From positions 922 through 64,921 of the forward strand of contig ONRS01000027.1 in the NCBI GenBank assembly GCA_900320255.1: a stretch of 64,000 nt of DNA. The letters run 5' to 3'. A model generated the notes under the pieces. The model did not search any database. It worked only from the letters and a program-made list of their open reading frames with translations, and was not told where the DNA came from. Shown here in pieces: positions 1 to 10,559 of this stretch. Position 1 is the first letter of the stretch, and each line of letters begins with the position of its first letter. The translations under genes and the position numbers were made by a program. This stretch comes from an uncultured Prevotellaceae bacterium (GTDB lineage: Bacteria > Bacteroidota > Bacteroidia > Bacteroidales > Bacteroidaceae).

Positions 1-1110
1 CTCGATCCGGGCGGGCGCATCACCGTGATGCTGGAAATGGACAAAGGCATGTTTGCCCCCGACAGCCAGGCCGATGAGTCGTGGGCCGACCGGAAGCAGC
101 GTGCCTTGGACGGCAGCGACTATGGAGATGACGACGACCTGAGCTTCTGGGAGTGGGTTGTGCTTATTCTGCTGTGTCTCCTGGCTTTGGTAGCCTACCT
201 TTTGCAGGACTTTATTGTCGAAATAGTGCTCATGGTGTGCTGGACGTTGCTCTGTGCGCTGTGGTGGGTGGTATCGCTCTCGCCGTTGCGTACATGGCGC
301 CGGCGCAAGAAGCTGGGTATAGCCGAGGGCCGCTATTTCCGCTCTGTGAAGTCAGAGTGGACGCTGGTGCAGAACAAGATGGTCGTGGACGAACTGTCAT
401 ACCTGTTCGGCATGAGCGACGACCGTATTATTAGTGCTGTGCTACTCCGGCTGATGGCTAAAGGCTATGTGACCGTTGTGCGTGAGGAGTGGAAGGGAAA
501 GCAGCGTGACATGTTGCGCATAGTGACCCCCACAGACCACGTGGACTCCAGTTCAGAAGGCGACGGGAGGCTGATGAGCCACGCCCTGAAACTGCTGACG
601 CTGGCATCGGGCGACGACTTGGTGCTGCAGCCCGATGAGTTCAAGAAATGGTGCAAGCAGAAGAAGAACCACTCCTACCTGAGGGCGTTCGTAAGTCTGT
701 TAAAGCCGAAGAGCGACCAGAAATACCTTGAGCGCAACGCAGCCGACCTTTTTGGCATGAAGCAGTTCCTGAACGACTTCACCCTGCTGAACGAGCGCGC
801 AACGATGGAGGTGCACCTGTGGGATGAGTACATGGTCTATGCTGCGTTCTTCGGTCTGACCGACAAGGTGCGTGAAGAGATGAAGAAGATTTGTCCTGAA
901 TATCTTGAGATGTCGAAACTGGGCCAGAGTTTAGAGGTGGCCCGGGAGAAGGACTTTGTCTATATGTTCAGCAGTTCCATCTACAGCTCAGCGTCGAGTG
1001 CCGCCGAGCGTGCTACCAGCAGGTCTCGCTCGTCTTCGGGCTACAGGAGCTCGTCGTCGAGTAGCGGCGGTGGCGGCAGCTCTGGCGGCGGTGGTGGCGG
1101 CGGACGATAA
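1..1110 (+). CDS. DUF2207-family membrane protein, 5'-truncated by the window edge
   Basis: Frame is open from base 1. Two hydrophobic segments, FLNDFT..LWDEYMVYAAFFG motif and Ser/Gly-rich tail ending GGGGGGR. Paralogous to 5033..6682. Confidence 0.8.
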   Translation, partial: LDPGGRITVMLEMDKGMFAPDSQADESWADRKQRALDGSDYGDDDDLSFWEWVVLILLCLLALVAYLLQDFIVEIVLMVCWTLLCALWWVVSLSPLRTWRRRKKLGIAEGRYFRSVKSEWTLVQNKMVVDELSYLFGMSDDRIISAVLLRLMAKGYVTVVREEWKGKQRDMLRIVTPTDHVDSSSEGDGRLMSHALKLLTLASGDDLVLQPDEFKKWCKQKKNHSYLRAFVSLLKPKSDQKYLERNAADLFGMKQFLNDFTLLNERATMEVHLWDEYMVYAAFFGLTDKVREEMKKICPEYLEMSKLGQSLEVAREKDFVYMFSSSIYSSASSAAERATSRSRSSSGYRSSSSSSGGGGSSGGGGGGGR

Positions 1111-1126
1111 AAAAAGTACACACAAT

Positions 1127-1777
1127 ATGGGCACACACTATTCAAAGAAAGAAGAATACTGGAACTCTTGGTCACATGCCGGTGGCATCCTCTTGGGGGT
1201 TGTCATTGGCATTGTGTTTCTCTATATGTGTTTTAAGGGGGAGAACGGCTGGGCGCGCCTGGGCGTGTCGCTCTATCTCTTCGGCATGTTGGGCTCCTAC
1301 ATCGCCTCGACGGTCTATCACGCCGTCAGCCAGCGCTCGAAGTGGCGCGAACGCTTCCGCCGTTGGGACCATGCCGCCATCTACTGGCACATTGCCGGCA
1401 GCTATTCGCCCCTGACGCTCACGGCATTGCGCCAGCAGGACTACTGGGGGTGGGGGCTGTTCTCGTTTGTGTGGCTCTGTGCCATTGCGGGAACCATCAT
1501 CAGCTTCATTCACCTGAAGCAGCACTCCAACATTGAGACGTTCTGCTTTGTCGGCATGGGGCTGAGTGTGCTCGTGGCCTTCAAACCGCTGCTCGATACA
1601 GTAAGCACGGCGGCGGTGGTGTGGATTATTGCGGAAGGTGTCTGCTACATTACGGGAGCCGTCTTCTATAGTATTAACAAGAAGAAGTACATGCATACGG
1701 TCTTCCACTTCTTCGTTCTGGCAGGAAGCATCTGCCACATCGTTGCCGTGTGGGATGTGCTGATGGACTATCTGTAG
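1127..1777 (+). CDS. Hemolysin III / PAQR family membrane protein
   Basis: EEYWNSWSH, STVYH, RRWDHAAIY..IAGSYSP and HTVFHFFVLAG motifs; about 7 TM segments. Start moved to ATG 1127 (MGTHYS) after an A-rich leader. Confidence 0.9.
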   Translation: MGTHYSKKEEYWNSWSHAGGILLGVVIGIVFLYMCFKGENGWARLGVSLYLFGMLGSYIASTVYHAVSQRSKWRERFRRWDHAAIYWHIAGSYSPLTLTALRQQDYWGWGLFSFVWLCAIAGTIISFIHLKQHSNIETFCFVGMGLSVLVAFKPLLDTVSTAAVVWIIAEGVCYITGAVFYSINKKKYMHTVFHFFVLAGSICHIVAVWDVLMDYL

Positions 1778-1785
1778 TAAGGGGT

Positions 1786-4700
1786 ATGAATACCAGAGAA
1801 CTGTACGACATACTGGACGAGCTGTCGCAGGCTGGACCGTCGGCGGCGGGCAACCGGCGCATGTACGAAATACTCATGATGGCTTGTAACGAGGCGACGA
1901 AGGATGAGGCTACGGGGTTCGGAAACCTGTTTTCGAAGGTGGAGTATCTCTGTAAGCGTCACCACATTGGGATGAAGGACCGGGTGGCCGTTCAGCAGAT
2001 GCGTCGAAGGGCCAACAGCAGCGAGGTGTCGTCGCCCGAGCAATGGCTACAGGACATCAGCGTCCTGCGCTATTTTGTTGCGGTGATTGGTGGGGAGAGG
2101 GTCGAAGGTCAGCGCTCAACGCTCAACCCTCAACCCTCATCGCTCAACGCTCAACGAAGCATTGTTCAGCAATGGGACGGGCGCTACATTCATGCTACGA
2201 CGAGTGACGGGGAAATCATCATAGACTATGGCGAGGGGGAGGACGGTCTTGACCAGACATACCTGAACGGGCTGCTGCATGAAGGGATGCAGCTCAATGT
2301 GCTGGAAGCAAAGCCGTGTGCCACCGACGGGCAGACCCCGTGTGTGCGTGGACTCGTGGTGGTGGAGCCCGACTTCCTGATAGACATTTCGGCCCTTGCG
2401 GCACTCTTTACCGACTATGGGCACCACGAGCTGCTTTACACCGTAGGACGGCTGCAGCAACGTGCCAACAGCCAGGCCATCCTGCTGGGTCTCTTTGCCG
2501 GTGCCGCTCTCGATGACATCATTAACCGTAGCGACTTCTCGTTTGGCCGTACGCTCATGGAGTCGTTCCGCGAGCAGGCTCTGCAGTTCTGTACGTGCCC
2601 AGACTTCTCGCCGCTGACCTTCAAGGCCGACGCCGCCCAGCAGGTGAAGAACCTGCAGGAGGTGGTTGAGGTGCTGTTTGGGCAGACGGCCAGCCGTGAG
2701 AAGGCCATTCTGGAACCATCATTTGTCTGTGAGGCATTAGGCCTGCAGGGGCGAGTTGACCTGATGACCACCGACCTGCGCCTGCTGGTGGAGCAGAAGG
2801 CAGGAAAGCTGTGGGGGCAGCCCTTAAAATACAAGGAGCAGCACTATGTGCAGTTGTTGCTCTACTATGGTGTGTTACGCTATAACTTCGGACTGAGTGA
2901 TGAACTCATAGACATGCGCCTGCTCTACAGTCGATATCCGGCCCACGAAGGGTTGATGGTGGTTAACTTCTACCGCACGTTGTTCCGTGAGGCCATAGCC
3001 CTGCGCAATCGGGTGGTGGCGCAGGAGTTCAGCATAGCCCGTGAAGGCTTCGGCAGCATTGTGCCACAGTTGACGGTAGATGGTGTTTATGGGAGTAAAG
3101 GGACGAAGGAGGACACCTTCTTCAAACGCTACATTGCTCCGAAGATAGAGCAGCTCAATGAACAGATTACCACATTGAACACTGTGGAGCGGGCTTATCT
3201 GGAGGAGCAGATGAACTTCGTCTATCGTGAGCAGCTGTACAGCAAACTGGGGTCACAACAGGGTCTGGGCAATGCGGCGGCAGACCTGTGGAACATGCCG
3301 TTGAGCGAGAAACGTGAGACGGGCAATATTTTTACCGGACTGGTCATTACCGACAGGGCACAGTCAGCAGAAGGTCGTGGCTATGACCTGCTGACGCTGA
3401 GTGTACCTGGGCAGGGCGATGACTTCCTGCCCAACTTCCGGCGTGGTGACATGGTCTATCTGTATGCCTATACAGGCGAGCCGGATGTCAGGCATAGCCT
3501 GCTCTTCCGAGGTCGTCTGCTGACCATTGAGACCAACCGCCTCGTGGTAAGACTGAACGACCGGCAGCAGAACCCAAAAGTGTTTAGTCCCTCACTCTAT
3601 GCCCTCGAGCACGACACGTCAGACATTGGCACCGTGAGTGCCATACGGTCGCTGATGGCTTTTGCTGCGGCACCGGCAGACAAGCGGCAGCTGCTGTTAG
3701 GCGAACGGGTGCCACAGGCCGATACCACCCAGCAGCTCTCTCGTAGCTATCATCCTAACTACGACGATATCCTGTTGCGCCAAAAACAGGCTCGCGACTA
3801 CTTCCTGCTGGTAGGGCCTCCCGGTACGGGCAAGACCTCAATGGCTCTCCGTTTCATGGTGGAGGAGGAGCTGGCGGCTCCCCATTCTTCACAGCACTCG
3901 GTGCTGCTTCTTTCCTATACCAACAGGGCGGTAGATGAGATGTGCGGCATGCTGATGGATGCCGGCATTGATTTTCTGCGGTTAGGCAATGAGACCTCCT
4001 GCGACGAGCGCTTTAGTGGCTACTTGCTGGATGCTGCCTTGGGCGATGCTCCGAAGTTGGAAACCATACGTCAGCGCATTCAGCAGACGCGCGTCGTGGT
4101 AAGTACCACCGCCACCCTGCAGTCGCGGCCGTTTATTTTCCAGCTCAAGCATTTCTCGCTATGCGTGGTTGACGAGGCATCACAGATATTAGAGCCAAAC
4201 ATCATCGGACTGCTGGCCAGCAGGGCCGTTGGCCGATTTGTGCTCATTGGCGACTACAAACAGCTGCCCGCCGTGGTGCAGCAGCCTGGCACCTACGAGT
4301 CACTCTTTGAACGCCTCATTCGCTGGGAGCGCAGCCAGGGGCGTCGGCAGTTCCTGGGCACCCTGCGCAAGCAAGGCCGCATGCACCCCGAAGTGGCAGC
4401 CTTTGCCAACGAAATGTTCTACAAGGAAGAACGCCTGGAGCCGGTGCCCTGCGAACACCAGACCGACACCAGCCTGCACTATGACGAACCATCAGAAGAC
4501 GAACTCGACGACCTGCTGAAAACCAGAAGGGTCATGTTTTTGGACTGTGGGCAACCGGTCTTGTCCACCACCCAACCCCCAACATCCGACAAGGTGAATG
4601 CCGCTGAGGCCCGTATTGTGGCCGACTGGCTACGCCGAATCTACAGGCAATACGGGGCAGACCGCTTTGACAGCAACAAAACGGTTGGTGTCATTGTGCC

Positions 4701-5019
4701 CTACCGTAACCAGATAGGCATGATACGCCGGGAGATAGAGCAACTGGGCATACCAGCCCTGCAGCAAGTGTCTGTTGACACGGTGGAACGTTACCAAGGC
4801 TCTCAGCGTGATGTCATCATTTATTCGTTCACCGTGCAACACCGTTATCAGTTAGATTTCCTCACGGCAAACTGCTTTGAGGAGAATGGCCGAATAATTG
4901 ACCGCAAACTGAATGTGGCCCTGACCCGGGCCCGCAAGCAACTACTAATAACGGGCTGCGCTGCCGTACTGCAACACAACCCGTTATTCGCAGAGTTTAT
5001 CCGAAGGTATGGACTATAG
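1786..5019 (+). CDS. Dna2/UPF1-like superfamily 1 helicase with N-terminal PD-(D/E)XK nuclease domain
   Basis: LEPSF..GLQGRVDL..VEQKAG nuclease motif; Walker A GPPGTGKT; YTNRAVD; DEASQ; LIGDYKQL; TVERYQG; KLNVALTRARK. Start at ATG 1786 (MNTREL). Confidence 0.88.
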   Translation: MNTRELYDILDELSQAGPSAAGNRRMYEILMMACNEATKDEATGFGNLFSKVEYLCKRHHIGMKDRVAVQQMRRRANSSEVSSPEQWLQDISVLRYFVAVIGGERVEGQRSTLNPQPSSLNAQRSIVQQWDGRYIHATTSDGEIIIDYGEGEDGLDQTYLNGLLHEGMQLNVLEAKPCATDGQTPCVRGLVVVEPDFLIDISALAALFTDYGHHELLYTVGRLQQRANSQAILLGLFAGAALDDIINRSDFSFGRTLMESFREQALQFCTCPDFSPLTFKADAAQQVKNLQEVVEVLFGQTASREKAILEPSFVCEALGLQGRVDLMTTDLRLLVEQKAGKLWGQPLKYKEQHYVQLLLYYGVLRYNFGLSDELIDMRLLYSRYPAHEGLMVVNFYRTLFREAIALRNRVVAQEFSIAREGFGSIVPQLTVDGVYGSKGTKEDTFFKRYIAPKIEQLNEQITTLNTVERAYLEEQMNFVYREQLYSKLGSQQGLGNAAADLWNMPLSEKRETGNIFTGLVITDRAQSAEGRGYDLLTLSVPGQGDDFLPNFRRGDMVYLYAYTGEPDVRHSLLFRGRLLTIETNRLVVRLNDRQQNPKVFSPSLYALEHDTSDIGTVSAIRSLMAFAAAPADKRQLLLGERVPQADTTQQLSRSYHPNYDDILLRQKQARDYFLLVGPPGTGKTSMALRFMVEEELAAPHSSQHSVLLLSYTNRAVDEMCGMLMDAGIDFLRLGNETSCDERFSGYLLDAALGDAPKLETIRQRIQQTRVVVSTTATLQSRPFIFQLKHFSLCVVDEASQILEPNIIGLLASRAVGRFVLIGDYKQLPAVVQQPGTYESLFERLIRWERSQGRRQFLGTLRKQGRMHPEVAAFANEMFYKEERLEPVPCEHQTDTSLHYDEPSEDELDDLLKTRRVMFLDCGQPVLSTTQPPTSDKVNAAEARIVADWLRRIYRQYGADRFDSNKTVGVIVPYRNQIGMIRREIEQLGIPALQQVSVDTVERYQGSQRDVIIYSFTVQHRYQLDFLTANCFEENGRIIDRKLNVALTRARKQLLITGCAAVLQHNPLFAEFIRRYGL
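2098..2156 (+). repeat. In-frame heptamer micro-repeat (GGGTCGA AGGTCAG then CGCTCAA/CCCTCAA units)
   Basis: Read directly; translates as RVEGQRSTLNPQPSSLNAQR inside the helicase. Confidence 0.9.
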
Positions 5020-5032
5020 TTTCTATAGAATA

Positions 5033-6682
5033 TTATCTCACGCCGCCGCCAGAGCCGCCGCCCGAGAAGCCGCCACCACCGCCAGACGATGCCCAGCCGC
5101 CACCGCCCGACGAGCCGGACTGCTCTTTCTGGACGTCGTGAATGCCGGATAAAGTGGCAAGGGTAACAGCAGGAAGCACGTCGGTATTGTTCAGCTGACG
5201 GAAGATTTCGTCCATCTTCAGGTATTCAGGATTAATCTGTTTCATGTCCTTACGCACCTGGTCGGCAATGCCGAACAGCTCAGCAAAGACTAGATAGTCC
5301 TTCCAAAGGGCTACCTCTGTTGCATGGCGCTGGTCAGCAAGGGTGAAGTCCTGCAAGAACAACTTCATGCCCAGCACCTCACGAACGTTCTTCATGTCTT
5401 TGCTACATGCTTTGAGTGAGCGCTGCGGCTTGAGCATATTAATAAATGATTCTACTTCAGAAGTGTTGTGGTTCATCCATCTTTCCAACTCCTTGGGCTG
5501 TAACACGCCGTCATCACCTGCCGCCTTCAAGAACATGGAGTGAAGTTTCTTTAGTAAGTAAAGTGTAGGCGTGCCCTTATCAGCTATCAGCGGCTTGATG
5601 GCAATGAGCTTTTTCAGTTTAGGACTTCCGCCAGTCAGTTTGGCAAAGCCAGTGGGGTTCACCCAATGGTCTTCAATGGCCAATGCTTTCATGCTGATCA
5701 GCTTCAGCACGAGGGCACTGATGATGTTTTTTTGGTCATACTTGCCATAACTATAGGCCTCCAGCACCTCATAGCTGCGCTTCAGGTCACCACCATAAGG
5801 CAGGTCACGGAACCACAGCAGGTCCTTCTTTGCCTGATGGCGGAACCACCAGACGCGTATCAGGTAATAGCCAATTAAAAAAGGTGATAAAATAATGAAG
5901 AGGAGAACCGTGATGATGTCGCTGTCCCACTCGAAGCCATCACCGTCATTATAGTCGCTGTCTTCGAAGGCCTTGTCCTTTAACTGGTCAAATGACCCGC
6001 TCTCGGCAACCTCTGGATGCAGAAAGTCTTTCTCGAAGCGCAACATGACAATCATGGCCTCATCGCCAGACATGGATTCGGTAGTCTCGGCCACTACGGT
6101 GCCGTTCTCCCAATTCACCGTGCCTTGGTAGCGGAAGGCCCACATCTTCACCTGGTCCTGCGGAATCTCTTTACCGTCCTCACGTACGAAGGTAATTTTG
6201 GCATGCTCTGCCGACGGCTTGATGTGAGGTGTTACAAACATGAAGTTGAAACCGTCAGCATCGTCATAACCGCGAACCATGCGGGTGACGGTGTAGCTTA
6301 CGGTGTATGTGCGGTCGCCACTGTCGCCCAGTCCCCAGCATAGTTCATAGCCGTCACTCTTATAGACGATGCCGCAACGGCCGGCCTTTTGGCTGCGGCT
6401 GGCATCTATGTCCCACGAGCCGATATTCGTGAACTCGCGTCCAGTCTCGTCGCTGACGGTCAGGTCATGCACCTCGCTGCTGCCCAGGTTGCCAATGACG
6501 ATGTAACACTCCGTGCCGTCGGTGCCAACGTCCATGTGACGCACTTCGGTAATGCGGGCATCACCGTTGTCGGCCAGGCTTACCGTCATGTCGAGGTCAT
6601 AAAGCGTGTGGCCGGCTTGTGCCGTCGTAAAGACAAGCAACAGCAGCACCAGGGCTGTTAACTTACTTCTGAAATGCTCCAT
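5033..6682 (-). CDS. DUF2207-family membrane protein (LemA-associated)
   Basis: Signal peptide, periplasmic domain, TM segment, FLQDFT..LWKDYLVFAELFG and tail GGGGFSGGGSGGGVR. Start MEHFRS overlaps the lemA stop. Confidence 0.85.
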   Translation of the reverse strand: MEHFRSKLTALVLLLLVFTTAQAGHTLYDLDMTVSLADNGDARITEVRHMDVGTDGTECYIVIGNLGSSEVHDLTVSDETGREFTNIGSWDIDASRSQKAGRCGIVYKSDGYELCWGLGDSGDRTYTVSYTVTRMVRGYDDADGFNFMFVTPHIKPSAEHAKITFVREDGKEIPQDQVKMWAFRYQGTVNWENGTVVAETTESMSGDEAMIVMLRFEKDFLHPEVAESGSFDQLKDKAFEDSDYNDGDGFEWDSDIITVLLFIILSPFLIGYYLIRVWWFRHQAKKDLLWFRDLPYGGDLKRSYEVLEAYSYGKYDQKNIISALVLKLISMKALAIEDHWVNPTGFAKLTGGSPKLKKLIAIKPLIADKGTPTLYLLKKLHSMFLKAAGDDGVLQPKELERWMNHNTSEVESFINMLKPQRSLKACSKDMKNVREVLGMKLFLQDFTLADQRHATEVALWKDYLVFAELFGIADQVRKDMKQINPEYLKMDEIFRQLNNTDVLPAVTLATLSGIHDVQKEQSGSSGGGGWASSGGGGGFSGGGSGGGVR

Positions 6683-7250
6683 CGATGTCAGGATAGCCGG
6701 ATTTCTTCTCTTCGTCAACAGTCAGGTACTCCTTCTCGCCGAAGTGTAGCATACTGGCTACGAACGATGACGGGAACTGGCGTACCATCTGGTTCATCTT
6801 AGTGGCCGTGTCGTTATAGACCATACGGCTCATACGAACATTCTCCTCATACTGAGTCATGCCGTCCATGGCTTTGATGTACATAGAGTCGGCTTTCAAC
6901 TCGGGGTAGGCTTCGGCAACGGCCATGAGGCGGCCCATGACCTCACCGATGACGCTCTGCTGCTCATTTATCTGTCCGGCAGTCTGCACATTGCTGATGC
7001 GGCGTGCATTGATGGTGTTGGTCAGCGTCTCAGACTCGTGCTGTGAGTACTTGGCAGCCATCTTGACAAGTCCGGTAATGGCATCCCAACGGGAATTAAG
7101 CTGTACGGCAATCTGACCCATAGCGTTCTTACAGAACTCGTCGAGACTTACCAGCTTACGCTGTGTCATGATGAAATAGGCCACTAAGGCAATAGCAACT
7201 ACGACCAACAGGCCGAAGAACAATAAAACAAGAATTAATAATACTTCCAT
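6663..7250 (-). CDS. lemA: LemA family protein
   Basis: N-terminal TM; QIAVQLNSRWD, AVAEAYPELKAD, SRMVYND..NQMVRQFPS motifs. Start ATG 7250. Confidence 0.9.
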   Translation of the reverse strand: MEVLLILVLLFFGLLVVVAIALVAYFIMTQRKLVSLDEFCKNAMGQIAVQLNSRWDAITGLVKMAAKYSQHESETLTNTINARRISNVQTAGQINEQQSVIGEVMGRLMAVAEAYPELKADSMYIKAMDGMTQYEENVRMSRMVYNDTATKMNQMVRQFPSSFVASMLHFGEKEYLTVDEEKKSGYPDIDGAFQK

Positions 7251-7284
7251 GATTGAAAATTTTTTATAGTTAATGATTTGGCCA

Positions 7285-7343
7285 CAAAGATACAAAATAA
7301 TTCATAATTTGTAATGCTTAATCATAATTTTTTTTTAACTTTG
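7285..7343. promoter_or_regulatory. Divergent Bacteroidota sigma-A -7 boxes (lemA leftward, ABC ATPase rightward)
   Basis: CAAAGATA at 7285-7292 (TATCTTTG on the minus strand) and TAACTTTG at 7336-7343 match TAnnTTTG. Confidence 0.6.
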
Positions 7344-7351
7344 TTCCCGTT

Positions 7352-8143
7352 ATGAGTGAAATGGAAAACATAGAATTGCGGAAACTTGCCATCGGATACC
7401 GTTCGAAAGGCAATGAAAAGACCGTTGCCAGCGACATTTCGGCAACCGTGAACGGGGGTGAACTGACCTGTTTGTTAGGGCAAAACGGCATAGGCAAATC
7501 AACGCTGCTGCGTACCCTGTCTGCCTTCCAACCGGCACTGGGGGGTGAAATCTTCATTAATGGTACATCACTAAGCTCATTTACTGATAAAGAACTGAGC
7601 CGTCACCTTGGCGTGGTACTGACAGAGAAGCCTGACCTGCGTAACATGACAGCCCGAGAACTCGTGGAATTAGGCCGCTCACCTTATACTGGCTTCTGGG
7701 GTGGACTGACGGCCGATGATGAACAGGTGGTGGAGGAGGCCCTACAGTTGGTAGGCATCAGTTCACTTGCTCAGCGGCTGGTGCACACGCTCAGTGACGG
7801 TGAGCGGCAGAAGGTCATGATTGCCAAAGCATTGGCTCAGCAGACACCCATTATTTTCCTGGACGAACCGACAGCCTTTCTCGACTTTCCGAGTAAGGTG
7901 GAGATGATGCAGTTGTTAGGGCGTCTGGCACACGAACAGCAGAAAACCATCTTCCTTTCTACCCACGACGTAGAGCTGGCCCTGCAGCTGGCTGACCGCA
8001 TCTGGCTCATGGAGCGCAGCGGCATTTCTATTGATACTCCACGCGGACTGGCCGATGACGGAACATTGAGCCGGTTCTTTGAGCGGGACGGCATCACTTT
8101 CGATAAGACGGCGTTAACAATTCATGTCAGAAAAGCCCTATAG
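7352..8143 (+). CDS. ABC transporter ATP-binding protein (FepC/BtuD-like, iron-complex or cobalamin type)
   Basis: GQNGIGKST, LSDGERQK, FLDEPT, STHD. The real start may be ATG 7361. Confidence 0.88.
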   Translation: MSEMENIELRKLAIGYRSKGNEKTVASDISATVNGGELTCLLGQNGIGKSTLLRTLSAFQPALGGEIFINGTSLSSFTDKELSRHLGVVLTEKPDLRNMTARELVELGRSPYTGFWGGLTADDEQVVEEALQLVGISSLAQRLVHTLSDGERQKVMIAKALAQQTPIIFLDEPTAFLDFPSKVEMMQLLGRLAHEQQKTIFLSTHDVELALQLADRIWLMERSGISIDTPRGLADDGTLSRFFERDGITFDKTALTIHVRKAL

Positions 8144-8198
8144 TGTTAAGAAAACAAAAATTCTCCTATATATATAATGTGTAACCAAAACTTTCCTC

Positions 8199-8206
8199 TA
8201 CCTTTG
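8199..8206 (+). promoter_or_regulatory. sigma-A -7 box for topA-aroK-speA
   Basis: TACCTTTG about 30 nt upstream of the topA ATG. Confidence 0.65.
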
Positions 8207-8237
8207 CAGCCCAAATAAAAGTTAAAAGGCAAAGAAG

Positions 8238-10538
8238 ATGCAAAAGAATTTGGTAATTGTAGAGTCTCCGGCTAAAGCCAAGACGATAGAGAAATTTCTT
8301 GGAAAGGACTTTAAAGTCATGTCAAGTTATGGCCATATACGTGACCTGAAACGACATGAGATGAGTATTGACACCAAGACATTGGAACCCGAATACGAAA
8401 TTCCAGAAGAGAAGCAGAAACTGGTAAAAGACCTGAAAGCCAGTGCCAAGAAAGCCGAAAAGGTTTGGTTGGCAAGTGATGAAGACCGTGAGGGAGAAGC
8501 CATCTCCTGGCACCTCTGTGAAGTGCTGGGCCTGGATGAAGAGAAGACGAGTCGAATCGTATTCCACGAAATAACAAAACCAGCTATTTTAGAGGCTATA
8601 GAGCATCCACGCAGAGTAGATATGAATCTGGTGAATGCTCAGCAGGCCCGTCGTGTGCTTGACCGACTGGTAGGCTTTAAGCTGTCACCTGTGCTCTGGC
8701 GCAAGGTGAAGCCCGCCTTGTCAGCAGGTCGCGTACAAAGTGTGGCTGTTAGGCTCATTGTGGAGCGTGAGCGTGAGATACAGGCATTCAATAGTGAAGC
8801 CTATTACAGTGTGAATGCCGTCTTTGCCATTACTAATGCTGACGGTTCGCAGACAGAGGTAAAGGCTCAGCTTGACCGTCGCCTGAAGACACACGAGGAG
8901 GTAGAACAGTTCCTGAACCTTTGTAAAGAGGCTGACTACGTCGTTGATAACGTGAGCAAAAAGCCGTTGAAGCGCACGCCAGCACCTCCCTTTACCACCT
9001 CAACCCTTCAACAGGAAGCTGCACGCAAGCTGGGTTTCACAGTAAGCCAGACCATGATGGTAGCCCAGCACCTCTATGAAAGCGGGCGCATTACGTACAT
9101 GCGTACGGACTCGGTCAACTTGTCAGGACTGTGTATTAATGCCAGCAAGGAGGAAATCAAGAAGGTCTATGGTGAGGAGTACAGCAAGCCCCGCCAGTAC
9201 CATACCAGTTCGAAGGGTGCTCAGGAGGCCCACGAGGCTATTCGTCCTACCTACATGGATGTAACGGAGATAGAGGGAACGTTGCAAGAGCGGCGCCTCT
9301 ATGAACTGATATGGAAGCGCACCATAGCCAGTCAGATGGCTGATGCAGAGTTGGAGAAGACGACAGTAGATATTAAGTTAGGCAACCAGCAGCCTACTTT
9401 CGTTGCCCAGGGTGAAGTAGTGAAATTTGATGGTTTCCTGAAGGTATATAGAGAGTCATTTGACGACGAAGATGCCCATGACGAGGAGAACAGCCATCTG
9501 TTGCCTCCGCTGAAGAAGGGTCAGGTGCTGGAGCGCCGTGAGATAACGGCTATTGAACGTTTCAGTCAGGGGCCTCAGCGCTATACCGAGGCATCGCTCG
9601 TCCACAAGATGGAAGAGCTGGGCATTGGTCGTCCGTCAACTTATGCTCCTACCATTTCCACTATTCAACAGCGTGAGTATGTGCAGAAGGGTGACAAGAA
9701 AGGTACGGAGCGTTCCTATACCGTTGATACACTGAAAGGCAAGCAGGTGACTCAGAAGACACGTAAGGAGATGGTAGGCTCAGATAAGGGAAAACTGCTT
9801 CCCACCGATGTCGGCATTGTGGTGAACGACTTCCTAATGCAATACTTCCCGGGCATCATGGACTATAACTTCACAGCCAAGGTGGAGCAGGATTTCGATA
9901 AGATAGCTGAAGGCAAGGAGAAGTGGAACGACATGATGGAACATTTCTACAAGGACTTTGAGCCCACGGTAGAGAATACGCTGAACGCCCGTCAGGAGCG
10001 TCGCGTCGGTGAGCGCGAACTGGGTAGCGACCCGAAGAGCGGACGCCCAGTCTTCGTGAAGATAGGACGCTTTGGCCCTGTAGTGCAGATTGGCACTGCC
10101 GACGATAATACCAAGCCCCTGTTTGCCCAAATACCGAAAGACAAGAGCATGGAGAATATCACGTTGGAAGAAGCGCTGGAGTTGTTTAAGCTGCCCCGTG
10201 AGGTGGGTGAGTTTGAAGGCACGACGGTGACTATTGGTGCAGGTCGTTTTGGCCCGTACATACTTCACAACGGGAAGTACACTTCCCTGCCCAAGGGGGC
10301 GGACCCCATGGCAGTAACACTTGACGAAGCTGTTGAACTTATTAAGGAGAAGCGTGCGCAGGAAGCTAAGCGCCACCTGAAAATGTTTGCAGAAGACGAT
10401 AAGCTCGAGATACTGAATGGTCGTTACGGTGCCTACATTGTCTATGACGGCAAAAACTACCGTTTGTCTAAGGCCATGCAGGAGCGTGCTGCCGACCTTA
10501 CCTACGAAGAGTGCATGGCTATTGTGAACAAGAAGTGA
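8238..10538 (+). CDS. topA: DNA topoisomerase I (type IA)
   Basis: LVIVESPAKAKTI, ASDEDREGEAI, SAGRVQS, ITYMRTDS, GIGRPSTYA; C-terminal GRFGPY repeats. Confidence 0.97.
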   Translation: MQKNLVIVESPAKAKTIEKFLGKDFKVMSSYGHIRDLKRHEMSIDTKTLEPEYEIPEEKQKLVKDLKASAKKAEKVWLASDEDREGEAISWHLCEVLGLDEEKTSRIVFHEITKPAILEAIEHPRRVDMNLVNAQQARRVLDRLVGFKLSPVLWRKVKPALSAGRVQSVAVRLIVEREREIQAFNSEAYYSVNAVFAITNADGSQTEVKAQLDRRLKTHEEVEQFLNLCKEADYVVDNVSKKPLKRTPAPPFTTSTLQQEAARKLGFTVSQTMMVAQHLYESGRITYMRTDSVNLSGLCINASKEEIKKVYGEEYSKPRQYHTSSKGAQEAHEAIRPTYMDVTEIEGTLQERRLYELIWKRTIASQMADAELEKTTVDIKLGNQQPTFVAQGEVVKFDGFLKVYRESFDDEDAHDEENSHLLPPLKKGQVLERREITAIERFSQGPQRYTEASLVHKMEELGIGRPSTYAPTISTIQQREYVQKGDKKGTERSYTVDTLKGKQVTQKTRKEMVGSDKGKLLPTDVGIVVNDFLMQYFPGIMDYNFTAKVEQDFDKIAEGKEKWNDMMEHFYKDFEPTVENTLNARQERRVGERELGSDPKSGRPVFVKIGRFGPVVQIGTADDNTKPLFAQIPKDKSMENITLEEALELFKLPREVGEFEGTTVTIGAGRFGPYILHNGKYTSLPKGADPMAVTLDEAVELIKEKRAQEAKRHLKMFAEDDKLEILNGRYGAYIVYDGKNYRLSKAMQERAADLTYEECMAIVNKK

Positions 10539-10559
10539 GTAAACGAATAAAAGGGTGTC

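Noticed and set aside
4561-4590. Faint degenerate heptamer traces (STTQPPTS; also near 3880, 47210 and 54845)
   Set aside because: Too short and degenerate to call with confidence, although they may be eroded copies of the repeat family.
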